A DNA stretch of 64,000 bases from Octopus sinensis. Lineage: Eukaryota. Numbering within the stretch: the stretch's first letter is position 1; every line of letters begins with the position of its first letter. The position numbers were made by a program, and so were the translations under genes. Below the pieces are notes generated by a model. That model saw only the letters and a program-made list of their open reading frames with translations, was not told where the DNA came from and did not search any database. Below are positions 23,386 to 36,480 of this stretch, in pieces. The DNA lies in contig NC_043003.1 in assembly GCF_006345805.1 (NCBI RefSeq), positions 11,098,001-11,162,000 on the forward strand, given 5' to 3'.

Positions 23386-23689
23386 AAAGCCTGACACCTA
23401 AAACCAGGGACAAGCTATCCAACAAGGCTTCACAGTTTCTACCCAAAATTCTCTGGGGCTTAAAAACAACAACAACAACATCAGCTTACATTCAAAGGAA
23501 TGATGGAGATGATAGGTACCCAATGATGGGTACTAATATGCGGCAATAACATGAAGCTATAAAGGGGCCATTTGCCTGCAAACCAAAGCAACACTGGTTC
23601 TATTTCATTGACCTAGTAATGCTCTTGGAAAGGTATGAACGCCACAACATTCATGTCTCTTCTTTTATGAATCAGATCTGTTGTGTCAC

Positions 23690-23850
23690 GTGAAAAAAGC
23701 ACCCAGTACACTCTGTTAAGTGGTTGGCATTAGGAAGGGTATCCATGCCAAAGCTGACATTGAAGCCTGACGCAGCTTTGCAGCTTGGTAGATGCAGTCA
23801 GACCACCCGACCCATGCCGGCATGTAAAAGAGGATGTTAAAAGATGATGA
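23690..23850 (+). mobile_element. RTE-type LINE 3' tail fragment
   Basis: AAGCACCCAGTACACTC...TGGTTGGCATTAGGAAGGG...GGATGTTAAAAGATGATG. Confidence 0.65.
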
Positions 23851-24075
23851 AGACGATGGTGATATAGGGTGTGTTTAACCAACAGAGTTTTAATGTTAGA
23901 TTGCATAGTGACCTTTATAGGTGACGGTTGTTCGTGGCCTTCTGCTTGGAAGCATAAAGTGAAATATAGCATAATATTAAATGTCTGATAAATAATTATA
24001 ATTAATAAGGATTGAGGGCTGAAATAGGTAAACAGGTTTCAGGGTTAACAAAGAAATAAATAACATATATATATG

Positions 24076-24127
<52 letters not shown>

Positions 24128-24435
24128 ATATATGATATATGATGCATATTTCTGCGTGTGCATGTGTGTATGATGCATATGATGTGTATGTATATGATGT
24201 GTGTATATATATATAATGAATATATGTGTGTGTGTGTGTATGATGAAGAGGATATATACATATATATATCTATGTATATATACATACATAGCTGTGCATA
24301 CAAAACAATGGTTACAAATAAAAATGAGCATTCAAGGAGTGATAAATTATTATTGATTCATGTTTAAGAAAGAATAAAAGATTTAGAGGAATAAAGAATA
24401 ACGTATATGTATATCTTTCTGTGTATATGTGCATG

Positions 24436-24467
<32 letters not shown>

Positions 24468-24475
24468 ATATATTA

Positions 24476-24514
<39 letters not shown>

Positions 24515-27160
24515 GCATTATAACCACAAATATATAAATACAGAGGCAAGCATACATACATATATATATGTATATATATATATATATTTATGTATGTATA
24601 ATACATGTACATATGTATATATATATATGTATTTATATGGAATAATTGAATAGTTGGTTGTCGTCCATTGATGTTGTTTTGTTGAAGAAGTTTGAGCAGT
24701 TCTCAAAAGATAATTTCTCGCAAATAATTCCAACACTTATTTCTTCTTTGTATGACTAATTTTCCCCAACACACACACACACACACACATACACCAGTCT
24801 ATCTCAAAGCTATATTTTAGCTATTGATCTTCAAAAATATTCTCTTCACAGTTTCCTTTCAAATTCTCTACAGATTTTTACAGCAAATTTTATATAAATC
24901 CAGATATTGAAATATTCACAGTTGCCATTGTTCCTTTTGTTATTATTATTATTATTATTATTATTGTTTATATAATTATTTTTTGTGATTTTATTTTTTA
25001 TTTTTTACATACATTTATGACCAAGCAATCAATGCAGCCATGTTGTCTGTTTTCTAACAATTAGTATTGAACATCTAAAAATGTCTCAAATTGCTTTATA
25101 TTACGACTGAATACCGAGAATAACCTTATCCACGAAGTTTAGCAGCAATAAATTCTAGTTGAGGGCTATTTTTATATAACAGAAATCAGACCTATGTATT
25201 TTAAGTATTTTAAGCCTGTATTACAGCCTGACACATCCAATAACAGAACAAAAGATACAACGGATATTTCTGCAGCAGTTTTCGAGGTATTTATATAACA
25301 GTTGATAAATTAGATTTCACAGTAGGTTAAAAACAGATAGCAAAATCAACAGTAATTTTGATTAACCCCTACCAAAATTCAATCATAATTTCAAAGTTGG
25401 TGTTTTTCTTGTATTAGTTTGATTATCCATGTTATGCGGTTTTTTGAAAATTAAATGAGAAATAATGATGTCACAAATTTATAGCTGACTGAAAAAGTCC
25501 TTTACTTGTTTCAGTCATAGTGTGTGTATGTGTGAGTGTTTGTGTGGTGTGTGCGTGTGAATATGTGTATGCGTGTGTCTATTTATGTGTGTGTGATTAG
25601 AGCATCACAGAAAGAATGGTGAGACAGATTCTTTAAGGCATGCCAGTTGGCGGGAGACTTGGGTGTTGGCTAAGTGTGAGATGGTTGGGTAGCATCACTA
25701 GTCTCGGTTGGTCAAGCTTGGGAGTCCAGCCAGCAAGTCAAATGACCGTTGCTTCTGACAGGACTCTATGGAGGAGGTGAATGAGAACTCAGCTTCCATG
25801 ACTCTTCCAGAAATAGCAGATAAAGATGATGGATGGATGGATGGGTGGGTGGATGGATTGATGGATGGATGGGTGGACGGATGGATTGATGGGTGGGTGG
25901 GTGGACGGATGGGTGGATGGATGGGTGTGTGTGTGTGCTTGTCTCCACCCACCATCACTTGACAACTGATGCTGGTGTATTTAAGTCCATGTAACCTAGT
26001 CGTTTGGCAGAAGAGACCGATAGAATTAGTACCAAGCTTACAAAGAATAAGTACTGGATTCAGTCTTTTCGACTAAAGGTGCTGCTCCAGCATGGCCACA
26101 ATGAAACAAATAAAAGAATACATATATAAAGTAATGAAGGCAGCTAGATGCAATGAAAACCGAAAAGAAAAAATTCAGTTATCATTAAAAGTGACCGAGT
26201 GTGCAGACTTCCTCCTACATTACAAGAAACAGGAGTCAAAGATCCATATAGTCACAAAAAGCACATTCTATGTACTGACAGGAGAAATAACCACCCTACA
26301 GTCAGTGAGGTCACTATACTAGCAGGCTGGTTTTGCTTGGAATGAAAGCTCATCAGTAGTGACTACTCCATCACAAACACACACACACACACACATATAT
26401 ATATATGCACACACACACACACACACACACACAGATATATATGCATTCTGAAAATCCAGGAATGGAACACTATCACCCCCACACCACAGCCTATGATAGA
26501 ATAAGATCCCCATAAACTAATAATAATATGAAACTAATACAATAGACAGATAAGTAAATGGAATTAGATAATTAAATACACAAACAAAATATGATAAATT
26601 AAATTAATATTTAAAAAAAAGAAGAAAACAAAAAGTAAGTAGATAAAAAGAAATAAATAAAATAAATAAGATTAATTAAATGAATGTGAATAAACAGGGG
26701 ATACTGATAATGCAGGTACCATACACATTCCCTCACATACACACACACAGGGATATACACATCCTCAAATAAAGATACATACAATAGGAATACAAAATGG
26801 CAGATTATTAGGAAGGAGAGACAAAAAAAATTAAAAGAAAGAAGAAAGCAAAGGACCACTGATGAGGTCACAGAAGTGTGATGAAAGAATTCTGGCCGAA
26901 ATACAATTGATATGACATAAAGCTGAAGCAAGTGAACACCAAATATATAGTGCCTGTGTTTTCATAGGGTTAATTGTCAACATGACCAATCCCCAAATAC
27001 AACAATATGTGTGTGTGTGTGTGTGTATATATATTGTTTTATTTGGGGATGGTCATATTGCCAATTTAGCCAATAATAACACGGGTACTATAAATTTGGT
27101 GTATATATGTATATATATCTTTAATATAGTATATGACAATTATTCAGTTGCCATAAAAAA

Positions 27161-27462
27161 ACTCTGAGTTTCGGATTTCGTGATGGAAATCTACTCCGGC
27201 ATCTCATCAGTTATCAAGCCAATCAAAAAATGCAATCTCATTAGATTATTCCTACTCGATACATTGGGCAAGACTTTTCCTGACGTATATTTCACCATTT
27301 AGAAAGATGATGCCTTAGCCTTAACTGAAATACTAATAGACCAGCACAAGATCAGTTTAGGAAGGTCATTATGCAAATAAAGGCATTTTCTGGTTGCCTT
27401 GATAACTGACGAGATGCCAGAGCAGATTTTCACCCCTACATCCGAAACTCAGAGTTTTATTA
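27161..27462. mobile_element. Inverted repeat (about 57-bp core arms) with a hammerhead-like motif in each arm
   Basis: TGATAA-CTGA(T/C)GA-GATG...ATCC-GAAA-CTCAGAG-TT on the minus strand at 27154-27216 and the plus strand at 27400-27462. Confidence 0.6.
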
Positions 27463-28455
27463 CAGCGACCAAATAATTGTCACATATTATATTGCAGATA
27501 AATTCCTCTATTTACATAATATTGAGGTGTCATTCATTCTTATGTTGTCATACCATTACTATTTATATATATATATATATATGGTGTTAGGAAGAGCATC
27601 CAGCCATAGAAAACCATGCCAAATCAAACTGGATCCCGGCGCAGCCCAGTCAAACCATCAAACACATGTCAGCATAGACAACAGACGTTAAATGATGATG
27701 ATGATATATACATATAAACAAATAGATAAACTTTTACTCACATACATTATGATGATGATGATGATGATGAAACCTATATACTCAAACACATACACACACA
27801 CACACACAATTACAACCATGAATACAAATGCTAGTAAAACGATCTTTCAGGGCCAAAACCAGTCAGCCATAACATTGTTTTAGGGAGAAGAAAAGCAGAC
27901 TAAAATGCGATCAAACACACACTCACACACTCATACACACAAACATACATGCATACACACGCTCATACACACACGCAAATACTCATACACTCGCACACAC
28001 ATGCACATACACATATACACACATACATACACACAGACATATACACACAAATACACACATACATACACCAACACACTCATACACGCACACATACCCACAC
28101 ATACACACATTCATACATACATGTACACATACACACATACATTCACACAAACACATACACACACATGCCGAGAGTCTAAAGGACAAACGCATATACACAG
28201 AAATACATTTACAAAGACTGACAAACGAACATACATGAGACAAGCGGACTGAGACGCTAACAACAGTATTTCCATAGTTGCTTTATGCCACAAATAATTA
28301 GACATGGTGTTCGTTAGACGATTGAAACGAGGAAACGGAATTTGAGAGATTAAGAAATGGTTGGAAACATAAAGAGATTTATTGTGGCTGTCGTTACTTA
28401 AATAAAGCATTTGGCATATGTGTGTGTGTGTGTGGTTTGTGTGTGCGTGTGTATA

Positions 28456-28506
<51 letters not shown>

Positions 28507-28519
28507 TATATATTATATA

Positions 28520-28566
<47 letters not shown>

Positions 28567-28575
28567 CACATTATA

Positions 28576-28806
28576 GGCGGTGAGCTGGCAGAAACGTTAG
28601 CACGCCAGGCGAAATGTGTAGCCGTATTTCATCTGCTGTTATGTTCTGAGTTCAAATTCTGCAGAGGTCGACTTTGCCTCTCATCCTTTCGGGGTCGATA
28701 AATTAAGTACCAGTTACGCACTGGGGTCAATATAATCAACTTAATCCGTTTGTCTGTCCTTGTTTGTCCCCTCTGTGTTTAGCCCCTTGTGGGTAGTAAA
28801 GAAATA
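28576..28806 (+). mobile_element. tRNA-derived SINE family B
   Basis: GGCGGTGAGCTGGCAGAA...GAGTTCAAATTC head, central CATCCTTTCGGGGTCGATAAATTAAGTACCAG. Further copies or fragments at about 10270-10415, 35213-35350, 41262-41465, 53470-53600 and 55200-55330. Confidence 0.85.
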
Positions 28807-28835
28807 TATATATATACACATACATATACATCATT

Positions 28836-29235
28836 TGTCTTTTGCTTGTTTCAGTCATTAGACTGAGGCCATGCTGGGGCACCATTTTGCACAATCTTTG
28901 GTCAAACAAATCAACTCTAGTATTTTTATTTTTTAAGCCTGGTACTTATCCTACAGGTCTCTTTTGCTGAACTACTAAGTTACTGAGACATAAACAAACC
29001 AACACTGGTTGTCAAATGATGGTGGGGAACAAACAAAGCCACAAACACATGTACATACATCAGTATATGCAACACAATGAGATTCTTTCAGTTTCCATCT
29101 ACCAACTTTACTTACAAAGATTTTGTCAGCCCAAAGCTATAAAAGAAGACACTTGCCCAAGATGCCATGCAGTGGGACTGAACTTGAAACCATGTAGTTG
29201 GGAAGCAAACTTCTTGCCACACGACCACACTGGCA
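28836..29235 (-). mobile_element. SINE family A
   Basis: Reverse complement of family A. Confidence 0.8.
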
Positions 29236-29280
29236 CTTCAAAAGTTTTTCATATACTTTAAAATCTTCATCAAGATGCAG

Positions 29281-29740
29281 CAGTGGCTGTGTGGTAAGTA
29301 GCTTACTTCCCAACCACATGGTTCAAGGTTCAGTCCTACTGCATGGCACCTTGGGCAAGTGTCTTCTACAATAACCTCAAGCCAACCAAAGCCTTGTGAG
29401 TGGATATGGTAAATGGAAACTGAAAGAAGCCCATCATATATATATGTGTGTGTGAGTGTGTGTGTGTGTATATATAAACTGAAAGAAGCCCGTCGTATAT
29501 ATGTATATATATATATATATATGTGTGTGCGTGTATGTTTGTGTGTCTGTGTTTGTCCCCCTAGCATTGCTTGACAACCGATGCTGGTGTGTTTATGTCC
29601 CCGTCACTTAGCGGTTCGGCAAAAAGAGACCGATAAAATAAGTACTGGGCTTACAAAGAATAAGTCCCGGGGTCGAGTTGCTCGACTAAAGGCAGTGCTT
29701 CAGCATGGCCGCAGTCAACTGACTGAAACAAGTAAAAGAG
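29281..29740 (+). mobile_element. SINE family A (with duplicated ACTGAAAGAAGCCC segment)
   Basis: Family A head, body and tail. Confidence 0.85.
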
Positions 29741-29934
29741 CAAAGTGTAAAGTGTAAGTGTATGTATATATGTGTGTGTGGAGGTTATGAGAGGTAACGG
29801 TATCATTGACACCCAAAGGTGTCAGGTAATGCTGAATAAGGGGTTCATCATCGGTTATATGTCAGCATGTGTGTATATATATATAGGTATGTATGTATGT
29901 ATGTATGTGTATGCATGTGTCTGTGTGTGTATTT

Positions 29935-30140
29935 GTATGTCTGTGTTTGTCCCCCCAACATTGCTCGACAACCGATGCTGGTTTTTTTACATACCCTGCA
30001 ACTTAGCAGTTCAACAAAAGGGACCGACAGAATACGCACTAGGCTTACAAAGAACAAGTTCCAGGGTTGATTTGCTCGACTACAGGCTATGCTCCAGCAT
30101 AGCCACAGTCAAATGACAGAAACAAGTAAAAGAATAAAAG
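29935..30140 (+). mobile_element. SINE family A body
   Basis: Body and tail only. Confidence 0.8.
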
Positions 30141-30624
30141 AACATCTAATTGTTAACATTATTTATGGCTAGGAAACCTATTGAACTTTCAAATTTCTAT
30201 CATGTAATATTATTATTGTGAAATTTATTGAACATTAAAATTTTTCATCTTTTTCTCATTGCTGTGAAAGTTATTGAAAATTTGACTTCTCATCTTGTAA
30301 TGTTTGCTATGAAATCTATTGAATATTTCATTTTTGATCCTGTTTTACTGCTACGAAACTTTTTCCTGTGCATTTTCTGTCTTATAAAATTTCCATCTTA
30401 TTTTTCTAAATTGTAAAAAATTTTTATTTATATTTACTATTGAAAAACCAAAAAAAAAATTAAAAAACAAAAACAAACATTGTTGAAAACTGTGGTGGTA
30501 TCTTAATAAATTAAAGAATTTCTAATAGCTAAAATTATTTTTAAGACCTGGGTGCATTTTTAACTCCCGAAACAATCTCCCTATGTTTCTTCTTGTGTGG
30601 AAGTAAACCCCTTTTTACCCCCAT

Positions 30625-30900
30625 TTGTCATCATCATCATCATCATCACTTAGCGCCTGTTTTCCATGCTGGACAGTTTGACAGGATCTGGTAAGGCTGG
30701 GGGCTGCACCAGGCTCCAGTTGTCTGTTTTCGCATGGTTTTTATGGCTGGATGCCCTTCTTAAGATCAGCCCCTCTACAGAGTGTACTGGGTGCATTTTA
30801 TGTGTCACCAACACCAGTGCTTCTAATATGGCACGAGTGATTTTTATGTGACACCAGGACCAGTATTAATTCTGCTGTGGTGGACAGGTCTTCTTGAGAA
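30625..30900 (-). mobile_element. RTE-type LINE 3' tail fragment
   Basis: (CAT)n followed by TTTCCATGCTGG...GCACCAGGCTCCAG...GGATGCCCTTC. Confidence 0.7.
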
Positions 30901-31009
30901 CAGCAAGGTTGTGGTTGTTTAGCCTCAGCTTAGCCTTGATCCCTTCAGATCTATGATCAAAAACATTCTAGCCATAACCATTCCATTTTATTTTTTGTGC
31001 GGTGGGGGT

Positions 31010-31770
31010 ATGCACCCAACTATATGGTTCAAGGTTCAGTCCCACTGCATGGTACCTTGGGCAAGTGTCTTCTGCTATATCCTCAGTTTGACCAAAGCCT
31101 TGTGGGTGGATTTGGTAGATAGAAACTGAAAGACCATCATATGTGTGTGTGTGTGTGCATGTGCACATGAGTGTTTGTCCACCCCACCACTGCATGAAAA
31201 CCGGTGTTGGTTTGTTTATGTCCCCATAACTTAGTGGTTCAGTGAAAAGAGACCAATAGAATAAGTAACAACTTTTTAAAAAAGTATGGCGGTTGATTTG
31301 TTTGATTAAAATTCTTCAAGACAGAGGCCCCAGCCTAATAACTGAAACAAATAAAAGCTAGAAGATAAGCTAAAACTATCCTCATGCGTCAGCGCAGATG
31401 TGGCTGTGTGGTAAGTAGCTTGCCTCCCAACCACATACTTCCAGGTTCAGTCCCACTTGACACCTTAAGCAGGTGCCTTCTATGATAGCCTCAGGCTGAC
31501 CAAAGTCTTGTGAGTGGAAACTGAAAGAAGCCCGTCGTATATATGTATGTATGTGTATATGCTTGTGTGTCTGTGTTTGTCCCCCCAACATCGCTTGACA
31601 ACCGATAGTGGTGTGTTTACGTCCCCCGTAACTTAGCAGTTCGGCAAAAGAGACCAATAGAATAAGTACTAGGCTTACAAAGAATAAGTCCTGGGGTCGA
31701 TTTGCTCGACTAAAGGCGGTGCTCCAGCATGGCCACTGTCAAATGACTGAAACAAGTAAAAGAGTAAAAA
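31010..31770 (+). mobile_element. Two adjacent SINE family A copies (about 31010-31360, 31398-31765)
   Basis: Family A motifs twice in tandem. Confidence 0.82.
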
Positions 31771-32420
31771 AGCAGAGTTTATTGGAAACCAAATAAGGTT
31801 GTATTAGAAACACCCGAATGCTTTCACATGGGCTCCATTGGTTGCTGACAACACATTTAGATGATACAATACAATGAATTGTGGAAGATGTAAAGATAAT
31901 TTATAAACACCCTGCTTATCATTACCTTCGTTAGTATTGTCATCGTTATTGTTTTAACATCCATTTTTCCATGTCTGCATGGATCAGATGGAATTCACTG
32001 AGGCAAAATTTTTATGGCCAGATGTTCTTCCTGTCACCAACCCTCACCAGTAATATTTTCCCTTGGGCAGACATGTTCTCATAGAAGATTAGACATAAAA
32101 AACATCTTTTCTTTGATGGTGACACTTGTTTATGATTATTGTGTGACGTCAAGACAAAAAGACACAGACATACATACATCCACACAGACCCACTTGCACA
32201 CAAACACACATTCCCACCAACACACACACAAACACAGACACACCCACACACATGCCCACCCACACCCACACACATACATACATGCACACATGACTGGCTT
32301 CTTTCAGTAAATCCAGTTTAACATCACCAGCTGATACTTAAGTGCACTTTGAGTGCCTTTAATAGAACCCACTTCGTTGTAAGCATTTGAACCAGATATC
32401 TGATTTAACAACCCATGTAT

Positions 32421-32588
32421 ACTAGTGTAGCTGCAGAGGGGTGCGCGATAGGAAGGGGGTCTGCCCTGGGCAGCTCTTTTTCAAAGGGGCAGCACTTTTG
32501 GGTCTGCCGTAGGCAATATGTATTTTTTGGGCCTGCTGTAGGCAAATGGAAGGGCCACCTCAGGCAGCAGACACTCTAACTACACTAG
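32421..32588. mobile_element. Short MITE-like element with CTAGTGTAG/CTACACTAG termini
   Basis: Terminal inverted motif; related sequence at about 63551-63830. Confidence 0.5.
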
Positions 32589-32884
32589 AGCCCATGAGTC
32601 AAGGTTTCTTCTGCAAAGAGTCTTTGAGGTGCTGCAAAAGAACCACAGGGTGATTCAAAAGTTTCCATACATAGGAAAAAATTATTTTTTTTATAAGAGA
32701 CAGTTTATAAGATCCCCTGATCTGACCCCTCTTGATTTCTATCTTTGGGGGCATTTGAAAGGCATGGTGTATCGCGGAAAGATAAAAGACTTAAATCATT
32801 TGAAGGAACGCATCACTAACTCCTTTGCACAGGTATCACCAGATGTCCTTTTACGAGTTCACAATGAATGGGGTTAATGTATTG

Positions 32885-33270
32885 CAATCATCATCATCAT
32901 CGTTTAACGTCTGCTTTCCATGCCAGCATTGGTTGGACAATTTGACTGAAGACTGGCGAACCAGATGGCTGCACCAGGCTCCAATCTGATCAGGCAGAGT
33001 TTCTACAGTTGGATGACCTTCCTAATGCCAACCACTCTGAGAGTGTAGTGGGTGCTTTTACATGCCACCGGTATGACAACCAGTCGGGCGGTACTGGCAA
33101 TGGCCATGCTCAAATGGTGTTTTTTACATGCCACCTGCACAGGGGCCAGTCCAGCAGCACTGGCAACGACCTCACTTTAATATGTCTTCACATGCCAGTA
33201 AGGCAACGCTGGTAACGATCACGCTCAAATGGTACTTTTTACGTGCCTCCGGCATGGATTCCACTTCAAC
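32885..33270 (-). mobile_element. RTE-type LINE 3' UTR nested in the mariner element
   Basis: (CAT)n-CGTTTAACGTCTGCTTTCCATG plus decayed 60-bp units. Confidence 0.78.
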
Positions 33271-33289
33271 ACAATGGTAACTATATAGA

Positions 33290-33450
33290 ATCTCTTTTAC
33301 TTGTTTCAGTCATTTGACTGCAGCCATGCTGGAGCACTGCCTTTTAGTCAAGCAAATCGACCCCAGGACTTATTCTTTGTAAACCTAGTACTTATTCTAT
33401 TGGTCTCTTTTGCCGAACCGCTAAGTTACGGGTACCAAACACAGACAAAT

Positions 33451-33513
<63 letters not shown>

Positions 33514-33650
33514 TATGATGGACTTCTTTCAGTTTCCATCTACAAATCCACTCACAAGGCTTTGGTTGCCCAAGGTGCCATGCAGTGGGACTGAACTTGG
33601 AACCATGTGGTTGGTAAGCAAGCTACTTATCACACAGCCACTCCTGCACC
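33290..33650 (-). mobile_element. SINE family A nested in the mariner element
   Basis: Reverse family A. Confidence 0.85.
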
Positions 33651-35347
33651 TTGATAAATAAAAAAAAAAGTGTTCTTATAAACTGTTTCTTATTAAAAAG
33701 ATAAATTGTTCCTATGTATGGCAACTTTTGAATCACTCTGTGCATTAAGGATACGCCTCTGTGGTGTACTCATCCACTTACACTTTAATTTTACAAGCAG
33801 ACCGTTCTGTTGATGAATCAACTGGAACCCTCGTCAACGTAACTAAGATAGTGCCAGCTTTTCTTTTTTGTTATCTTATTTATAAATGATACAGTTTGTT
33901 TGTATTTTATGATTTGTTGAAGTTATGGAATTGTTATTCTTTTCTGAAGACAAGCAGCCAGTGTTTTTGGTTCCCTGCTAGTTTGGTAAAATCTTGCAAT
34001 ATTTTGTTTTGAATTTGTTCTGCAAGAATTTTGATTAAAAGCCATGTGTTGAAAGTGATATTGTTATATTTTGGGAGAATCTCGACAGACTCTGAAGCCT
34101 GCAGGATTTTATAGGTTCTCATTCACTTCATTTTTTTTGGATATCTGCCCAGAAATTTTTCATCACAACTTTTCTGTGATCTTCTCAATGAGTTCAAATT
34201 CTCCAACAACACCAGCCAGCCAACCAACAAACAAATAAGAAACAGAGATATTCTGATAGCATTGATGGAATTATAACAGACAGGACATTGTCTTACAACC
34301 TCAGTGCATACACACCAGGAACATGCCACCTGGGTAGACAAGGTAGGCAGTGCCTACTTTGAATAAAATAGATCAATAACAACATTTTCCTTTGATGACA
34401 AAATATGCACCTAATTCAATAAAATTATAAAGGTTATTATGCATAAAATACAAAATATTAAATTTTTTTTGTAGATTAGGTAGGCATAATTAGCCCCTGC
34501 CTTTCAATCTCAGTAGCTGAGCTACACATAGTACTGCTGTAGTACATGTGCTGTGTACACTCCTACAACACCATTTTCTTTATGTACTATAAAAGCAGAA
34601 GTAAATCTGCCTGCAACTCAGTCACACAGCTGTGTTTCACTTATTTTTTGTACGTTTTACTACATAAACATCACCTACTGCCTACCCTGAGTAATTACTG
34701 ATGGCACATACCTGATATACACACACCTAGCATTATAAGTCACTGTGTATTCCATAGACATGTGTTCTTTGACCATTAATTTTTAGGCGGAATCAGCAAA
34801 GCCCAATAAGGAACATGGTCGGCTCAGAGAATCACAGTCCATTTGACAAACTTTCACACAGTTTTCTTCTACAAAAGAACATTGAGTGAAACCTAGTAAC
34901 CAGTTGATCTAGCAAGTGGAGCCTCATTTCAATGACAGGGGCTGGTGTGCAATGATGCCATCAAGAGGAAGGCCCTGAAATGGTGCATATTTTCTCCTAA
35001 TGACCTCAAAAGCTTACCAGCATCCAGTATGTGGAACTTTCAAGAGGTAGCACTGGTTGCTTGCAAAAGATCAATGACAAAACTTGGATTGACATGAATC
35101 TTTGGGAAAAGACACTTTTCAAGATGCCACACACTTGATCAAATAGAGAATATAAATCCTTTTTAATTTTGGTACAAAGCCGGAAATTTTGGGGTCCCAA
35201 GTGTTCGACTGGTACTTATTTCACTGGCCTCAGAAAGGATGAAAGGCAAAGTTAATCCTGGTGACATTTGAACTCAGGACGTAAAGATAGACAAAATGCC
35301 ACAAAGCATTTTGTCTGGCATGCTAACAATTCTGCCAGCTCACCACC

Positions 35348-35393
<46 letters not shown>

Positions 35394-35395
<2 letters not shown>

Positions 35396-35722
35396 CCCAC
35401 CTGACAACAAGGTATGTGATAAGGAAGAAAGAAAAGTCGATAGATATGACAGGTTAGCTTGGGAGGTTAAGCAGTTGTGGTTGATGAAAAAGGTAGCAGT
35501 AATACCAGTAATTGTTGGAGCCCTTGAAACAGTCAGTAAGAATCTTGAGAAGTACGTGGAACAAATAGGGGCTGCAATAAGGGTGGAGCAGTTGCAGAAA
35601 ACAGCACTGCTTGGAACCGCTCGAATACTCCAGATGGTGCTCGAAGAATAAGGGGTGTTACTGGTAGTGAACAGCTGACACCATAGTACATCTCCAGCAT
35701 TAGAAGCTGTGTAAAGACAATC
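35394..35722 (+). mobile_element. 5'-truncated R4/Dong-type LINE inside a (TAA)n tract
   Basis: Uninterrupted frame CPPDNKVCDKEERKVDRYDRLAWEVKQLW...VIPVIVGALETV...QLQKTALLGTARILQMVLEE* (stop 35649-35651), short 3' UTR, (TAA)n on both sides. Confidence 0.85.
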
Positions 35723-35723
35723 A

Positions 35724-35763
<40 letters not shown>

Positions 35764-36344
35764 TAATAATAATGAAATAAAAGGCATCGGAGGGGTGATG
35801 CATGCCCTGTGAGCAGACAAATTTTTTCACAAATTATAGTGTGGCTTACAATGCGTTGCTTTTTAATTGAACTGAATTAAGCTTTGTAAGAGTTTGACTA
35901 AAAGAGGATTAGAAGCCTAAGAACGGTGAAATTAAGAAATCAACTTGTAAATAAATGAAACCCTCAAATCCATTGGTGTACACACACACAGAGTTGCATA
36001 TGTATGTATGTACCCACACATGTCTATGCACATAGGTACACCATAATCTATATACACACAGATGAGGGTCAATTCATATGAAAAAGAAAGTGAACAAAAT
36101 AACATGACCACTTGCTTATCGAGAAATTTTCATGATTTTAAAAGAATTTTCGTTTTTTTTAAATGTTAATCAAATCAAATTTTTACCATTTCAAACCACT
36201 CACCCAATGAGTATTTCTGCCAAATTTGGTAAAAATTTGTTCTGCCATTTTCCAGTAATTTTGCAAACACACAAACAGACAGACAAAGACGAGTAATTAC
36301 AATACCTTGCTTTTGTTACACACACAGGGTAATAACAATAAATA

Positions 36345-36480
36345 CCCTGATGCAGTACCAGGTAGTGGTTCTCATCTTAACTGATTGGAAGTGCTATCAT
36401 GTATATTGTGTTGTTTTGGTATAAAAGACAGGCTACAGTAAATATTCTGCTCAATACCACAGATTTGCTTGTCACAAACC
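36345..36480 (-). repeat. Fragment of an unclassified interspersed repeat (same family as 37867-38265)
   Basis: AATATTCTGCTCAATACCACAGATTTG is the reverse complement of the motif at about 38225-38250. Confidence 0.6.

Larger units (their letters stand above)
32644..33742 (+). mobile_element. Deleted mariner/Tc-type transposon with about 68-bp TIRs, interrupted by an RTE tail and a SINE
   Basis: TIR CACAG(G/A)GTGATTCAAAAGTT(T/G)CCATACATAGGAA at both ends; coding remnant RSPDLTPLDFYLWGHLKGMVY (mariner-type SPDL motif). Confidence 0.85.

Noticed and set aside
34200-34350. Host exon ending at AAG/GTAGGC
   Set aside because: Plausible donor, but no convincing acceptor, upstream stops in every frame and no recognisable protein.
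33934-35200. Degenerate LINE RT fragments
   Set aside because: Only faint resemblance (AIKRKALKW, KTWID); not supportable without a profile search.
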